64,000 bases of DNA. Source: a virus. Taxonomy: Duplodnaviria > Heunggongvirae > Uroviricota > Caudoviricetes. Under the pieces are notes generated by a model. That model had not been told where the DNA came from and searched no databases. It worked only from the letters and a program-made list of their open reading frames with translations. A program made the position numbers and the translations under genes. The DNA is taken from the IMG/VR virus record IMGVR_UViG_3300028886_000053. One strand, given 5' to 3'. The stretch's first letter is position 1. Each line of letters opens with the position of its first letter. Positions 27,505 through 36,429 of the stretch are shown piece after piece.

Positions 27505-27551
27505 GGGTAGGTGGGGAATCGAACCCCACCGAATCCAGTACCCTAGTAGGT
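27505..27551 (-). pseudogene. tRNA 3'-half-like fragment (T-arm plus acceptor 3' strand) just 3' of gene 27551..27901
   Basis: Minus strand reads GGTGGGGTTCGATTCCCCACCTACCC (T-stem/T-loop/acceptor-like). No matching 5' half is present. Confidence 0.3.
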
Positions 27552-27901
27552 CAGTCGACCGCATAGAAGCGGACGACCTTACCTACCTTGTCCTTGCGGA
27601 CAGTGCCACCCTCGACCATCTGGCGAAGGATAGCGGAAGCCTTCTGGCAAGTAACTGCGATGGAGTTACCCACCTCAGTGGCAGTCATGCCATCAACCTC
27701 GGCTCTGAGATTCTCAAGAATCACGTTCTTGAGTTCCTCGTTTTCCTTCTGGGTCTTGGTCAGACCCTTGTGACCCGAACCACGCTTGGAAAGCTGAACC
27801 TTCAGTGCCTCAAGCCTCTCAAGCACTTCCTCATTGATGTTGCCAGCGATTGCGTTGTCAATTGCTACTGCGTAAGTCATCTTGTTTGCCATAAATAACA
27901 C
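27551..27901 (-). CDS. winged-helix DNA-binding protein, paralog 3 of 3
   Basis: ORF track, 116 aa. Confidence 0.6.
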   Translation of the reverse strand: MLFMANKMTYAVAIDNAIAGNINEEVLERLEALKVQLSKRGSGHKGLTKTQKENEELKNVILENLRAEVDGMTATEVGNSIAVTCQKASAILRQMVEGGTVRKDKVGKVVRFYAVD

Positions 27902-28039
27902 CTCTTTCTTTTGTTTATTTCTTTATTTGTTATATTTATTATATCTTATTTTTTTAAGTTTGTCAATATGAAATTTTATTTTTTTATGATTATTTCGCGG
28001 ATTTGGCGCCTTATACCGCATGGATGCTAGTATTTATGT

Positions 28040-28560
28040 TATAGCGCCCTAGCCACCTACATGGCGCTTATTTTTCATGCCAATTCATTTCCATTGACTC
28101 CTTTCCCGACTTTTTTAGTTCGCAACTGGAACTGTCGTTAAAAATTTAATTTAATTTAATTTTTTACTGTGGGACTTACTGCCGAAGGGCATCCGCCGTT
28201 CTTTTTTTAGGTCTTACTGCCCTTTATATCGGAGGGTCTCTCATTCTGTTCACTTCCTTCCTTTATCTTATGTATTTATTATAACACAAGATTTTTTATT
28301 TGTCAACAGTTTTTTTAAGATTTTGAAGTTTTCCGAAGGCTTTCGACCGTACCTTTAGGCATCAGCCCCTTGCCCTGTACTTCTTTCTTTATCTTATGTA
28401 CTTATTATAGCAGATATTTTTTAAATTGTCAAGAACTTTTTTATTTTTTATTTCTTGACTTTACAAGGAACACGTGGGAGCAAGCCTTTTGCATTTTCGC
28501 GTATTGGGATTGAGTAGGCTTTTTCATTTCCTCTTTCCCTTACCTTGTAAATATATTATA
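28040..28560 (-). other. cluster of at least 3 consecutive consensus promoters driving very short transcripts (micro-ORFs and/or sRNAs)
   Basis: Reverse-complement promoters lie near 28265-28330, 28385-28440 and 28540-28590. Downstream are small hairpins (TGCC-CTTC-GGCA) and a 28-codon ORF with an SD. Confidence 0.35.
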
Positions 28561-28631
28561 TCAAAACTTTTTTTGTTTGTAAAGTACAAATTTTGGGAAG
28601 ATCTTTGTGCAAAATGCCGATGAAAAAGTGC

Positions 28632-28736
28632 TTGACAAAAGTGCTGGCGTGTGGTATAATTGAAATTTGGCCGCGGACCAGCTGCAAGCGCCAGTCCGCG
28701 GCCCGCCATTATACCACGCCCGCCAGATTTTGTCAA
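28632..28736. promoter_or_regulatory. face-to-face pair of extended -10 promoters flanking one 35-nt GC hairpin
   Basis: Plus strand: TTGACA 28632-37, N17, (GTGG)TATAAT 28655-60. Minus strand: TTGACA (rc 28731-36), N17, (GTGG)TATAAT (rc 28708-13). Hairpin GGCCGCGGACCAGCTGCAAGCGCCAGTCCGCGGCC at 28669-28703. Confidence 0.55.
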
Positions 28737-28798
28737 GAGTTTTTTGAAAAAAATTATGCACAAAAATAGCGGACTGCTTTTGTGCAGTCCGCTGATTT

Positions 28799-29194
28799 TT
28801 ACTTTTTAGGGGGGCGGTGCTTTACAAGTTTGACGGTGTAACAATTGTTACCAAATGTGAACGAAAACTCCGCCTCGTTTTTAATTTCTGTAACAATTCC
28901 GCCTGCTCCCTCGATGGGGATTCTGCAAAGGTTCAGAAGTTCTTTCTTTTCCTCATCTACCTTGCGCTCTTTCTTTGTGGCTTTTCTAGGCTTTTCGGCT
29001 TTTTCGTAACGCTTAACAGATTTTGCTTTTGCAGTCAGTTCTTCAACTTCCTCATTCTCTGTATAGTCGTTATCATCAAGCCACATTGCAATTGCTTCCT
29101 CTTTGGAAATATCAAGAAGTTTCATGTTCTTTTCAATTTCCGCATCGGGAATATTGATTTCCTTACCATTAAAATTGTATTTCATGCTTATCAC
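28799..29194 (-). CDS. hypothetical protein
   Basis: ORF track, 131 aa. Confidence 0.5.
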   Translation of the reverse strand: MISMKYNFNGKEINIPDAEIEKNMKLLDISKEEAIAMWLDDNDYTENEEVEELTAKAKSVKRYEKAEKPRKATKKERKVDEEKKELLNLCRIPIEGAGGIVTEIKNEAEFSFTFGNNCYTVKLVKHRPPKK

Positions 29195-29243
29195 CTCTTT
29201 ACTTTTGTTGATAAGTTAATTATAAGGGATAGAAGGGGAAATG

Positions 29244-29942
29244 TCAAGCGACTTTTGTAAAAAGTCGCTTTTCCATTCTCTTATGTTGTCGAAAACAATG
29301 CACCATAATTTTAGTTTCAATGAGTACATCTTCAAGCCCTGTATGAGATTCCTCAAATGTTACATCGCCTGTAATATATCTGTAAAGAATTTCAGCGGTA
29401 AGTCGAGGCTGAGGCACTTTATGTTTTGTTACAAAATTATTAATTTCACAATATTTTCTGTAACTTTTCTGCTTGCCGATGGTCTGTCTTGCCATTTTCA
29501 GAGTATCCCACATTTCAATAGAATAAGGAAAGAAAAATCTCTTTTTAGATTTTGTTAAAAATCTAATTGTGTTATTAAGTGCATTTACATCAAATCTAGC
29601 ATTGTGGGCAAACGCATTTTTCACACTGTATTTTTTTACATCTTCCCAAAACTGATTATACATTGTGGAAAACTTTACAAGTTTACGTTGACCATTTTTA
29701 ACCTGTTCCCAATACATAGGGATTTTATCAGCATAATAAGCAGAATTCATAACATCCTTCATTGCTACAAAAACCTCATAAATCAGAAATGAACGTGTTT
29801 CATAGATTCTGCCCTGTTTGTCTGTAATAACCCAACCAATGTCATACACAATTGACTGACTTAAATCAAGTTTATCATTAACAAGAATACCATTGCAAGT
29901 TTCAGTGTCAAGCCCCATAAGGTAATTAATTCTTCTGTCCAT
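29244..29942 (-). CDS. DEDDh 3'-5' exonuclease (DnaQ/RNase T/oligoribonuclease-like)
   Basis: ORF track, 232 aa. Exo I GLDTETCNG, Exo II AHNARFD, Exo III HTGLEDV (H-x4-D). Confidence 0.65.
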   Translation of the reverse strand: MDRRINYLMGLDTETCNGILVNDKLDLSQSIVYDIGWVITDKQGRIYETRSFLIYEVFVAMKDVMNSAYYADKIPMYWEQVKNGQRKLVKFSTMYNQFWEDVKKYSVKNAFAHNARFDVNALNNTIRFLTKSKKRFFFPYSIEMWDTLKMARQTIGKQKSYRKYCEINNFVTKHKVPQPRLTAEILYRYITGDVTFEESHTGLEDVLIETKIMVHCFRQHKRMEKRLFTKVA

Positions 29943-29984
29943 GTTTGTTTTCTCCTTTTGTGTTGTTGTTCTTTACAAGTATTA

Positions 29985-30013
29985 TTATAGGGGATAGGGG
30001 CTGAAAAGTCAAC
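29985..30013 (-). promoter_or_regulatory. promoter (TTGACT-N17-TATAAT) for the DEDDh gene. The -35 sits in a GGGG...CCCC hairpin.
   Basis: Reverse complement reads TTGACT, 17 nt, TATAAT. SD AAAGGAGAAAAC, then ATG. Confidence 0.6.
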
Positions 30014-30464
30014 CCCCAAATCTCAAATTTTTCAGAAATTCATAAACATTTTTGTTTGCGTCAAAGGTTGCTCCCAGCGTCCACCCTTTTCTTACTTTGG
30101 CATTATCATCAATGAGAATCTGATGACCGCCTAATTTTCTTGTGCAATCGGCTTTTGTTGTGCCGTATTTAACCATGTGCAGTTCGTCATAGGGAAAACC
30201 GAATCTTTCAAGCCATTCCAGTTTTGCTTTTCTAACTGCTTTATCAAATTCTTTAGTGGCATCTTTAGCAAGCCATGTAGTAACAACAACACGCCATCCG
30301 TCATTCTTCAGTTCGTTCAGCACTTCCATCATAGCGAACATATCATAAAAAGGGCGGGCTTCTGTATACGGTCTGGCATCCTCTGCCATAAGGCAGTCAA
30401 GCCATCCATCTACACCATAGAGATTAGCGATTGTGCCATCCATATCGAATACTAATACCTTCAT
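30009..30464 (-). CDS. HAD-superfamily 5'(3')-nucleotidase-like hydrolase
   Basis: ORF track, 151 aa. Motif I VFDMDGTI. Later ILIDDN. Confidence 0.6.
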   Translation of the reverse strand: MKVLVFDMDGTIANLYGVDGWLDCLMAEDARPYTEARPFYDMFAMMEVLNELKNDGWRVVVTTWLAKDATKEFDKAVRKAKLEWLERFGFPYDELHMVKYGTTKADCTRKLGGHQILIDDNAKVRKGWTLGATFDANKNVYEFLKNLRFGG

Positions 30465-30584
30465 TTTGTTATCTCCTTTCCTTACCTTGTAACTATAGTA
30501 TAATGGATAGGGAGCAAAAAATCAAGAGGGAATGTTGCACAAATTTCGGGATCTGTACAGAAAAAAATTTGTGCAAATTTCCTA

Positions 30585-30650
30585 TTGACAAAAGTGGCTC
30601 GGGTGTGGTATAATGGATTTTTCGCCGCGGCCCGAGGACCACGGCGCGGT
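30585..30650 (+). promoter_or_regulatory. class-B promoter cassette
   Basis: TTGACA at 30585-90, (GTGTGG)TATAAT at 30609-14, hairpin CGCCGCGGCCCGAGGACCACGGCGCG. Confidence 0.5.
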
Positions 30651-31679
30651 CAAAAATTCAGTCTTCATAGACAATATCAGCATAGCCATCTTTCATTTCA
30701 AATTCATAATCATGATTGGCAATAGCAAAGCAAGCATTTGTAAAATCTTCATCTTCCTCAAAAATTGTAGATAACTGAGAAAGAATACTTACTAATTCTT
30801 CAGACACGGTTAAAGTGCGATTCATTTCAATTTTCATTTTTTATCACCTCATTTTTTTATTTTATTTAAATAGGATAGGTAGGAGTCGAACCTACATCTT
30901 GCCAAGTGTTTTCCCAATTAAACTACTTTAATGGAATTCGAATCCATATCTCTCGGCTGTGCTTCCCGATGTCACTTACTATCCTTTATTAATTTGCGTC
31001 CATCCTACCAGCCTGGGGGTTCCAGACGCTCCCCGCATGTTGCCTCACATTTATATACCGCAAAGTAGGACTTCGGCTTGCGGTGGTGGGACTTTATCAA
31101 CAGGACTTACTGCGACAACTTGGCGTCTTGGGTCTTTCCCTTGCCTGTATCCCTCATCTTGTATATTTATTATATCAAAGGGGTTGGAGTTTGTCAACCC
31201 CTTTTTTTAAATTCTTGCCTTGATTTCAGCGATTTTTGCCAAAGTCTTGGGACTTGCCTTGGCAAGACGCTCCGCCTGTTTCTTAGGCTTTTCCGCAAGA
31301 TACTTATGTCTTGCCATCTCCTCATCGGGCGGAGTGATATTAATAAAAGCAAAGATTGCATCGCCGTACTGATTAACAGGTGTCCAACATACTCTTCTCA
31401 TAATCTTATCTCCTTTTTTGTGATTTGTTTTCCTCTTGATGATTTTATTATAGCATTTTATTTGATTTTGTCAAGGGGTTTTTTCTGCAATCCGTTAATT
31501 TTTTTTCGTTTAAGGAGCGACCTTAGCGGAGTTGAACCGCCCACCCATCAAGGCTTGCCTTGGGCTACCCTTCTCCCCTTGACAATTATAATTATAAATG
31601 AATATTATTAAAAATACAATATCGGAATATTGCACAAATTATGGGATCTATAATTAAATATTTTTATTCAAATTTCTTA

Positions 31680-31752
31680 TTGACAAAATGGGGCTACGTG
31701 TGGTATAATGAAATTTCGCCGGCGCTCGGTAGTGGGCGACCGAGCGCCGGCC
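31680..31752 (+). promoter_or_regulatory. class-B promoter cassette with 13-bp perfect GC stem
   Basis: TTGACA at 31680-85, (GTGTGG)TATAAT at 31704-09, hairpin CGCCGGCGCTCGG-tagtgggcga-CCGAGCGCCGGCC. Confidence 0.5.
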
Positions 31753-31769
31753 GCCAATTTTCAAGAGGA

Positions 31770-32042
31770 TTAACAATCATCGGAATAGCAACCCATGTAA
31801 GGGTCGTATCCTGTTTCGTCTACATCATCTTCCCAGTCTTCATCTTCCCAATGCTCACCATCTTCGCAGATAGGACAAAGAAATTCTCCCAACTCCCTTT
31901 CAGTCCAGTCATATTCATAAATCGGTTCGCCACATTCGGGGCACTCATAGAATCTTTCTTCCCAATCTACATGGGCGCCATAAGTATCTCTAGCTTCAAC
32001 CGCATTTCTTTCCCACTGGGTCATGTTCTTTTTTCTTTCCAT
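31770..32042 (-). CDS. hypothetical acidic Cys-rich (zinc-finger-like) protein
   Basis: ORF track, 90 aa. CPECGEP...CPICEDGEHW. Confidence 0.45.
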   Translation of the reverse strand: MERKKNMTQWERNAVEARDTYGAHVDWEERFYECPECGEPIYEYDWTERELGEFLCPICEDGEHWEDEDWEDDVDETGYDPYMGCYSDDC

Positions 32043-32114
32043 GATTTTCTCCTCTTGATGATTAAAAGTTTTCTTTACCTTGTATACTTATTATAATATA
32101 GGGGTTGAGTTTTG

Positions 32115-32402
32115 TCAACCCCTATTCTCTTTATAATAAGAGATAATGTTCATTGCCATTTCTTCTACTGTTGCTTCTGTTACATCTTCTTCATCCCAAG
32201 GAAAATCCATGCTTTCTACATGACCTTGATTTGCTCCATAACTTCCATTATGGCAGACAACATCTCCTGCACACCAAGGGAAAGTAAATTGATAACCATC
32301 AAAAAGAGGTGTGATTGTAAAAGGAACCTTATTTACTAAAAGATGTGCCATTAATTTGGCAGTAGTTTCAAGATATTTTTGGGGATTAGCATTAAACATC
32401 AT
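32115..32402 (-). CDS. hypothetical protein
   Basis: ORF track, 95 aa. Confidence 0.45.
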   Translation of the reverse strand: MMFNANPQKYLETTAKLMAHLLVNKVPFTITPLFDGYQFTFPWCAGDVVCHNGSYGANQGHVESMDFPWDEEDVTEATVEEMAMNIISYYKENRG

Positions 32403-33057
32403 TTTTTATACCTCACTTTATATTGTTATTTGTTGATATGATTATTATACTTTATTTAATAGGGGATGTCAACCCTTATTTTTAAATACTTGAAAAAAGT
32501 TGGGGAAATATTCCCATTCCTACTAAAAATAGTACAATAGTCAGAAGAATGAAGATAGCACTGTCCGAATCTTCATTTAAACTTTTCAGCACAGTTGTGA
32601 AACAAATGCAAGCAGTAAAAATTATATAAAGCCAATCCATTTTTATACCCCCTTATGCAATTCTATAAATAATATTGGAGCGGAAGCCGAGCCAATACTC
32701 GAATCCATTGAAAAATCCGAGGAATGTAGCAGACGGCAGTTCAAATCTGGAAGTGATAGTCTTATAGACTACAGTATTCAGTGCAAGTCCTCTGCGATTC
32801 AGAGCCATCTCTAATTTAGTCATAGTCATGGTTTTTTCTCCTCTCGGTCTTGATTATTTGATCCTATGGAGTACCACTGGTTCATGTAGGTGGCGGATAC
32901 CGAACTCCATAGTGGGGATACCACTGGTTCATGTAGGTGGCGGATACCTCATCCCCTTGACAAGTATAATATTATCATACCCTAGCCTAGATTGCAAGTA
33001 GTAATAATGCACAAAATTCGGGATTTTCTAGGCTCAATGTTTGTGCAGATTGCCAAT

Positions 33058-33131
33058 TGACAAAATGTGGCGGCATGTGGTATACTGGAATTTCGTCGCG
33101 GGGCGCGCAGGGACCGCCGCCCGCGCGACGT
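33058..33131 (+). promoter_or_regulatory. class-B promoter cassette
   Basis: TTGACA at 33058-63, (GTGG)TATACT at 33082-87, hairpin CGTCGCGGGGCGCGCAGGGACCGCCGCCCGCGCGACG. Confidence 0.5.
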
Positions 33132-33836
33132 CCAAAAAATTTTTATCTCCTGTACCAAGGTGCGAATTTCTTTTCTCCATCCCATGCTTCAATTTCACAG
33201 ACTTCCCATTTGATTTCTTCATATCTTTTAAGAAGTTCTTCTACTGTGTCAAACTCTTCACACTGAGTATCATCATCATATTGATCAAAATCATAAGTGA
33301 GAGCATATCTTTTTTCTTCTGTCATTTTTTCCACTCCTTTTCTTTTTCTTTATATATATATTATATCATAAAAAAATTTTTTTGTCAATAGGAAATTTTT
33401 TGCCCTTAGAAGTAATTTCTAAGGGCTTTCTTACCGTCTGCCCTATTGTATTTCTTTTTGTCCTTATGGACTCTAGTTCCAGTATTGAAAGTTACAAGAA
33501 CTCTATTCTGCTTATCATGTTCTCTTTTCATTTTTTTATTAGGGGTCTTTGTTGCTAACATTTCGATCAATTCCTTTCTTTTGATAATCTTATTATATTA
33601 TAAAAAATCTAGTGTGTCAATAGTTTTTTTAAAAAGATCGAGAAGTTTCTCAGTGATTTTCAACTTCTCCACTGGCGACTATTTACTACTCGGCTTTTTC
33701 TCCGACTGAGCCTAGGATTGTCAGATATTTTACCTTTTGCTTTATGGAGGCGTCTGCTATTCCCCTCGCTAGGTAAGTAAGGAATCGAACCTTATTCAGA
33801 CCTTTTTCTCTTACCTTGTATCTTTATTATATAATA

Positions 33837-33858
33837 GGGGTTGAGGTTTGTCAACCCC
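33837..33858. promoter_or_regulatory. bifunctional hairpin GGGGTTGA-GGTTTG-TCAACCCC. Plus-strand terminator (followed by T6). On the minus strand it carries the -35 TTGACA of a promoter.
   Basis: Same element recurs at 31181-31202, 32101-32122, 34057-34078, 34821-34846, 35208-35229, 35466-35488 and 29997-30017. Each is 17 nt from a minus-strand TATAAT. Confidence 0.5.
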
Positions 33859-34504
33859 TTTTTTAAATTGTTATTGTTTTATTATCATTATCAACATCAA
33901 AGCAATCAACGTCATCTGTCTGTAAAGTGTATGTATCATAAAGATTTTTTCCTAAAAGAATATCATAATCAACTACTCCATTTGCTACTGCCCAATCATA
34001 AAGATCTTTAATAGTCATTTTTTATTTCTCCTTTGTTTTTTCTTTATTATATAATAGGGGTTGAGGTTTGTCAACCCCTTTTATTTACATTTCATAATAT
34101 TTATTTCTTGCGTGCACCCTTGCGAGTTCTATAACCTTTGTCGGTTTCGGCTCATCTTCCCTATAGTATCTAAGGATCTGAGCAGGTCTTGCGATGAGTT
34201 TTGTTACAAGGATTCCGGTTCTCTGATTATATACAAGGATGAGTGCAGTATCGGTGATTTTATGAACTTCCGGTCCATTTCTGTGACCACGGTCTACAAC
34301 CACTTTCTTTATAACAGTTCCTGTTCCGATCTTGGCGATAATGGTTTCACGTGCTTGGCGGTCCTTGGTATAGTGCTTGCTGTTCATCTTGGTATCTCCT
34401 TTCCTTTTGTTGATTCTAGTATACCATACCCACCGCCAATTGCAATAGGCAAAATACACAAAGATTTCGGGATCTTTTTGTGCAGATTGCCATGCAGATT
34501 TTGC

Positions 34505-34613
34505 TTGACAAAAACCTCGACCTGTGGTATAATGTTGATTCTCGGTGCGCGGCGGAATGAAGTGGACGCCCGCGCGCCGGCTGACAAAAGGAAAAGAGGA
34601 CCTCAGTCCTCTT
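34505..34613 (+). promoter_or_regulatory. class-B promoter cassette with two hairpins
   Basis: TTGACA at 34505-10, (CTGTGG)TATAAT at 34528-33, GC hairpin at about 34544-34580. Second hairpin AAGAGGAC-CTCA-GTCCTCTT is followed on the minus strand by a U-run. Confidence 0.5.
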
Positions 34614-34857
34614 CCCAATCCCACTCTGTATCATCGAGTGCGGCTTCCATAGCGTCCAGTTTAATCTGATAGGGCTTGTCCGCATTTCTTTCAAGCCATC
34701 CTGCGAACTGGATTGTGTCCCTATGTTCGAATCCTTTGACTCTGATTACTCTTGTAAGCATCTCCTCGTGTGTCATCATTTTTCAGATCCTCCTTTGTTT
34801 TTGTTAAGTTTATTATATCAAAGGGCTTGGCTTTTGTCAAGCCCTTTTTTAAACTTT

Positions 34858-35166
34858 TTAGCAATAAGCAAGGTTTTTTCTGCTCCATCCAAAGATGGAG
34901 ATTTGATTGTGTTCTCTGCCGATTCTCAATGCTTCCTTTTTTGTATCTACTCTGAAACTCTTATCAATGTAGTAGATTCCATCGGCGAACCAAACTCCGC
35001 AGTTTCCGCCGTATGCCTTGACCGCTTCAATTGCTTCTCTTGCGGTCTTGACTTCAACTCCGTATATGGCTACTTGCCATCCTGTTTTGTACTCGATAAC
35101 CTTTCCGCTTTTAAGTGTGATTCCATCATTATTTGCTAATTTTCTTATTGTTCTAATATTGATCAT
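34858..35166 (-). CDS. hypothetical protein
   Basis: ORF track, 102 aa. Confidence 0.45.
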   Translation of the reverse strand: MINIRTIRKLANNDGITLKSGKVIEYKTGWQVAIYGVEVKTAREAIEAVKAYGGNCGVWFADGIYYIDKSFRVDTKKEALRIGREHNQISIFGWSRKNLAYC

Positions 35167-35491
35167 TTTTATTACTTCCTTTCCTTTGATGATTTAAGTA
35201 TATCATAGGGGTTGTAATTTGTCAACCCCTATTTTTATCTTTTCTATAAAGAAAATCATCAAGTTCAATCTCTCCAGCTTCATCTAAAAAATAATCTTGA
35301 CCAACGCTCTCTTCAGGGAAAAAGTTGTTCCATGTTTCTCCACTATGAAAACGACAAAACTCTTCAGGTGTCATTTCAACTTCTCTTTCATAAGGAATAT
35401 AAGCGGTAAGTTTAACTTTCATTTTTTAATCTCCTTTGCTTTTCTATGGTTTAAGTATATCATAGGGATTGAGGTTTGTCAACCCCCTTTT

Positions 35492-35734
35492 TTAAAAGAT
35501 ATACCTTTTTTCTTTTAACTGGTCCTCGGTGTACATTCTATCAGGAAGAAAAACACCGCCCTTGAGATAAGTTTCATATTCAATTTTTTCACCCTGCCAA
35601 GTCTGTCTGATAACAGTTCTCTCGATATGGGTGTGTTCGGCTTTAGCAACTGCTACAGCCTGTTTCCAGTTCTCGCCCCATGCGCTGTCGCCATAAAATT
35701 CCTGTCCGTTTACGATGTAGATGAAAGTTGTCAT
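35492..35734 (-). CDS. hypothetical protein
   Basis: ORF track, 80 aa. Confidence 0.45.
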   Translation of the reverse strand: MTTFIYIVNGQEFYGDSAWGENWKQAVAVAKAEHTHIERTVIRQTWQGEKIEYETYLKGGVFLPDRMYTEDQLKEKRYIF

Positions 35735-35974
35735 TGTTCGATCCTCCTATGTGCTTGTTTTTTGTTCCTTTCGATGATATAATGATACTACATAACCAAT
35801 AGACTGACTAGGTACTTTTTTGACTTGTTTTAAATTAATTTTGGCTTTTTTATGGAAGTTTTAGGTCTTTTTTGACATGTTACAAAACATTAAGAAAATG
35901 TTACAAGATCATTACAAAAAAAAGTCAAAATTTTAGGATAAAAATTTTTTATCAAAATTTGTGCATTTTTGATA

Positions 35975-36004
35975 TTGACAAGTTGGTTGCCTGTGTGGTA
36001 TAAT
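35975..36004 (+). promoter_or_regulatory. class-B-type promoter (TTGACA-N18-TGTGGTATAAT) at the entrance to the iteron region
   Basis: Exact hexamers with a TG extension. It is followed by a 30-bp palindrome. Confidence 0.5.
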
Positions 36005-36048
36005 GGTTCGGCCTGCAGCGCTGTAATGCGCTAAAGTGCTAAAGTCAT

Positions 36049-36078
36049 GAGATTGTTAGTTAATTAACTAACAATCTC
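36049..36078. repeat. 30-bp perfect palindrome GAGATTGTTAGTTAATTAACTAACAATCTC
   Basis: Read directly from the sequence. It sits between the class-B promoter and the promoter of gene 36196. Confidence 0.8.
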
Positions 36079-36195
36079 ACGTCCGTGAAATTATCTGTTA
36101 ATTGTTTAAATTGTTTGAAAATAATAAATTTATCAAAAATACTTGCAATCTAATATCAAAGTGCTATAATAAACTTAACAAAAGAAAACAACCAC

Positions 36196-36423
36196 TTGAA
36201 AGAAAAGGTGAACAAAATGACAACTTACAGAGAACAGTACATCGAAGACATGCACATGATGGATAAGAACGGAAACGCTCTCACCGCTGAAGAAAAAGAA
36301 CTTCTCAAAGAAGAATATAAAAGAAACGTGATCGACCTCGGAAAAGAAGAAACTCTTTATTTCGTAGCACTTGACTTCAACGTAATTGTAACAGTAGTAA
36401 GACAGTTAGTAGAAAAGCCTTGA
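36196..36423 (+). CDS. hypothetical small protein (only plus-strand gene in this region)
   Basis: ORF track, 75 aa. Its own promoter TTGCAA-N17-TATAAT and SD lie at about 36150-36195. Confidence 0.5.
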   Translation: MKEKVNKMTTYREQYIEDMHMMDKNGNALTAEEKELLKEEYKRNVIDLGKEETLYFVALDFNVIVTVVRQLVEKP

Positions 36424-36429
36424 AAAAGG

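Noticed and set aside
34085-34624. 179-aa minus-strand ORF
   Set aside because: The N-terminal 80 codons translate a class-B promoter and GC hairpin. The real gene is probably only the C-terminal 100 codons starting at the ATG near 34387.
22545-36004. Possible CRISPR array suggested by regularly recurring GC-rich repeats separated by unique sequence
   Set aside because: The repeats are heterogeneous 24-36-nt hairpins tied to promoter hexamers. The intervening segments are whole genes of varied length. There is no constant repeat/spacer periodicity and no cas genes.
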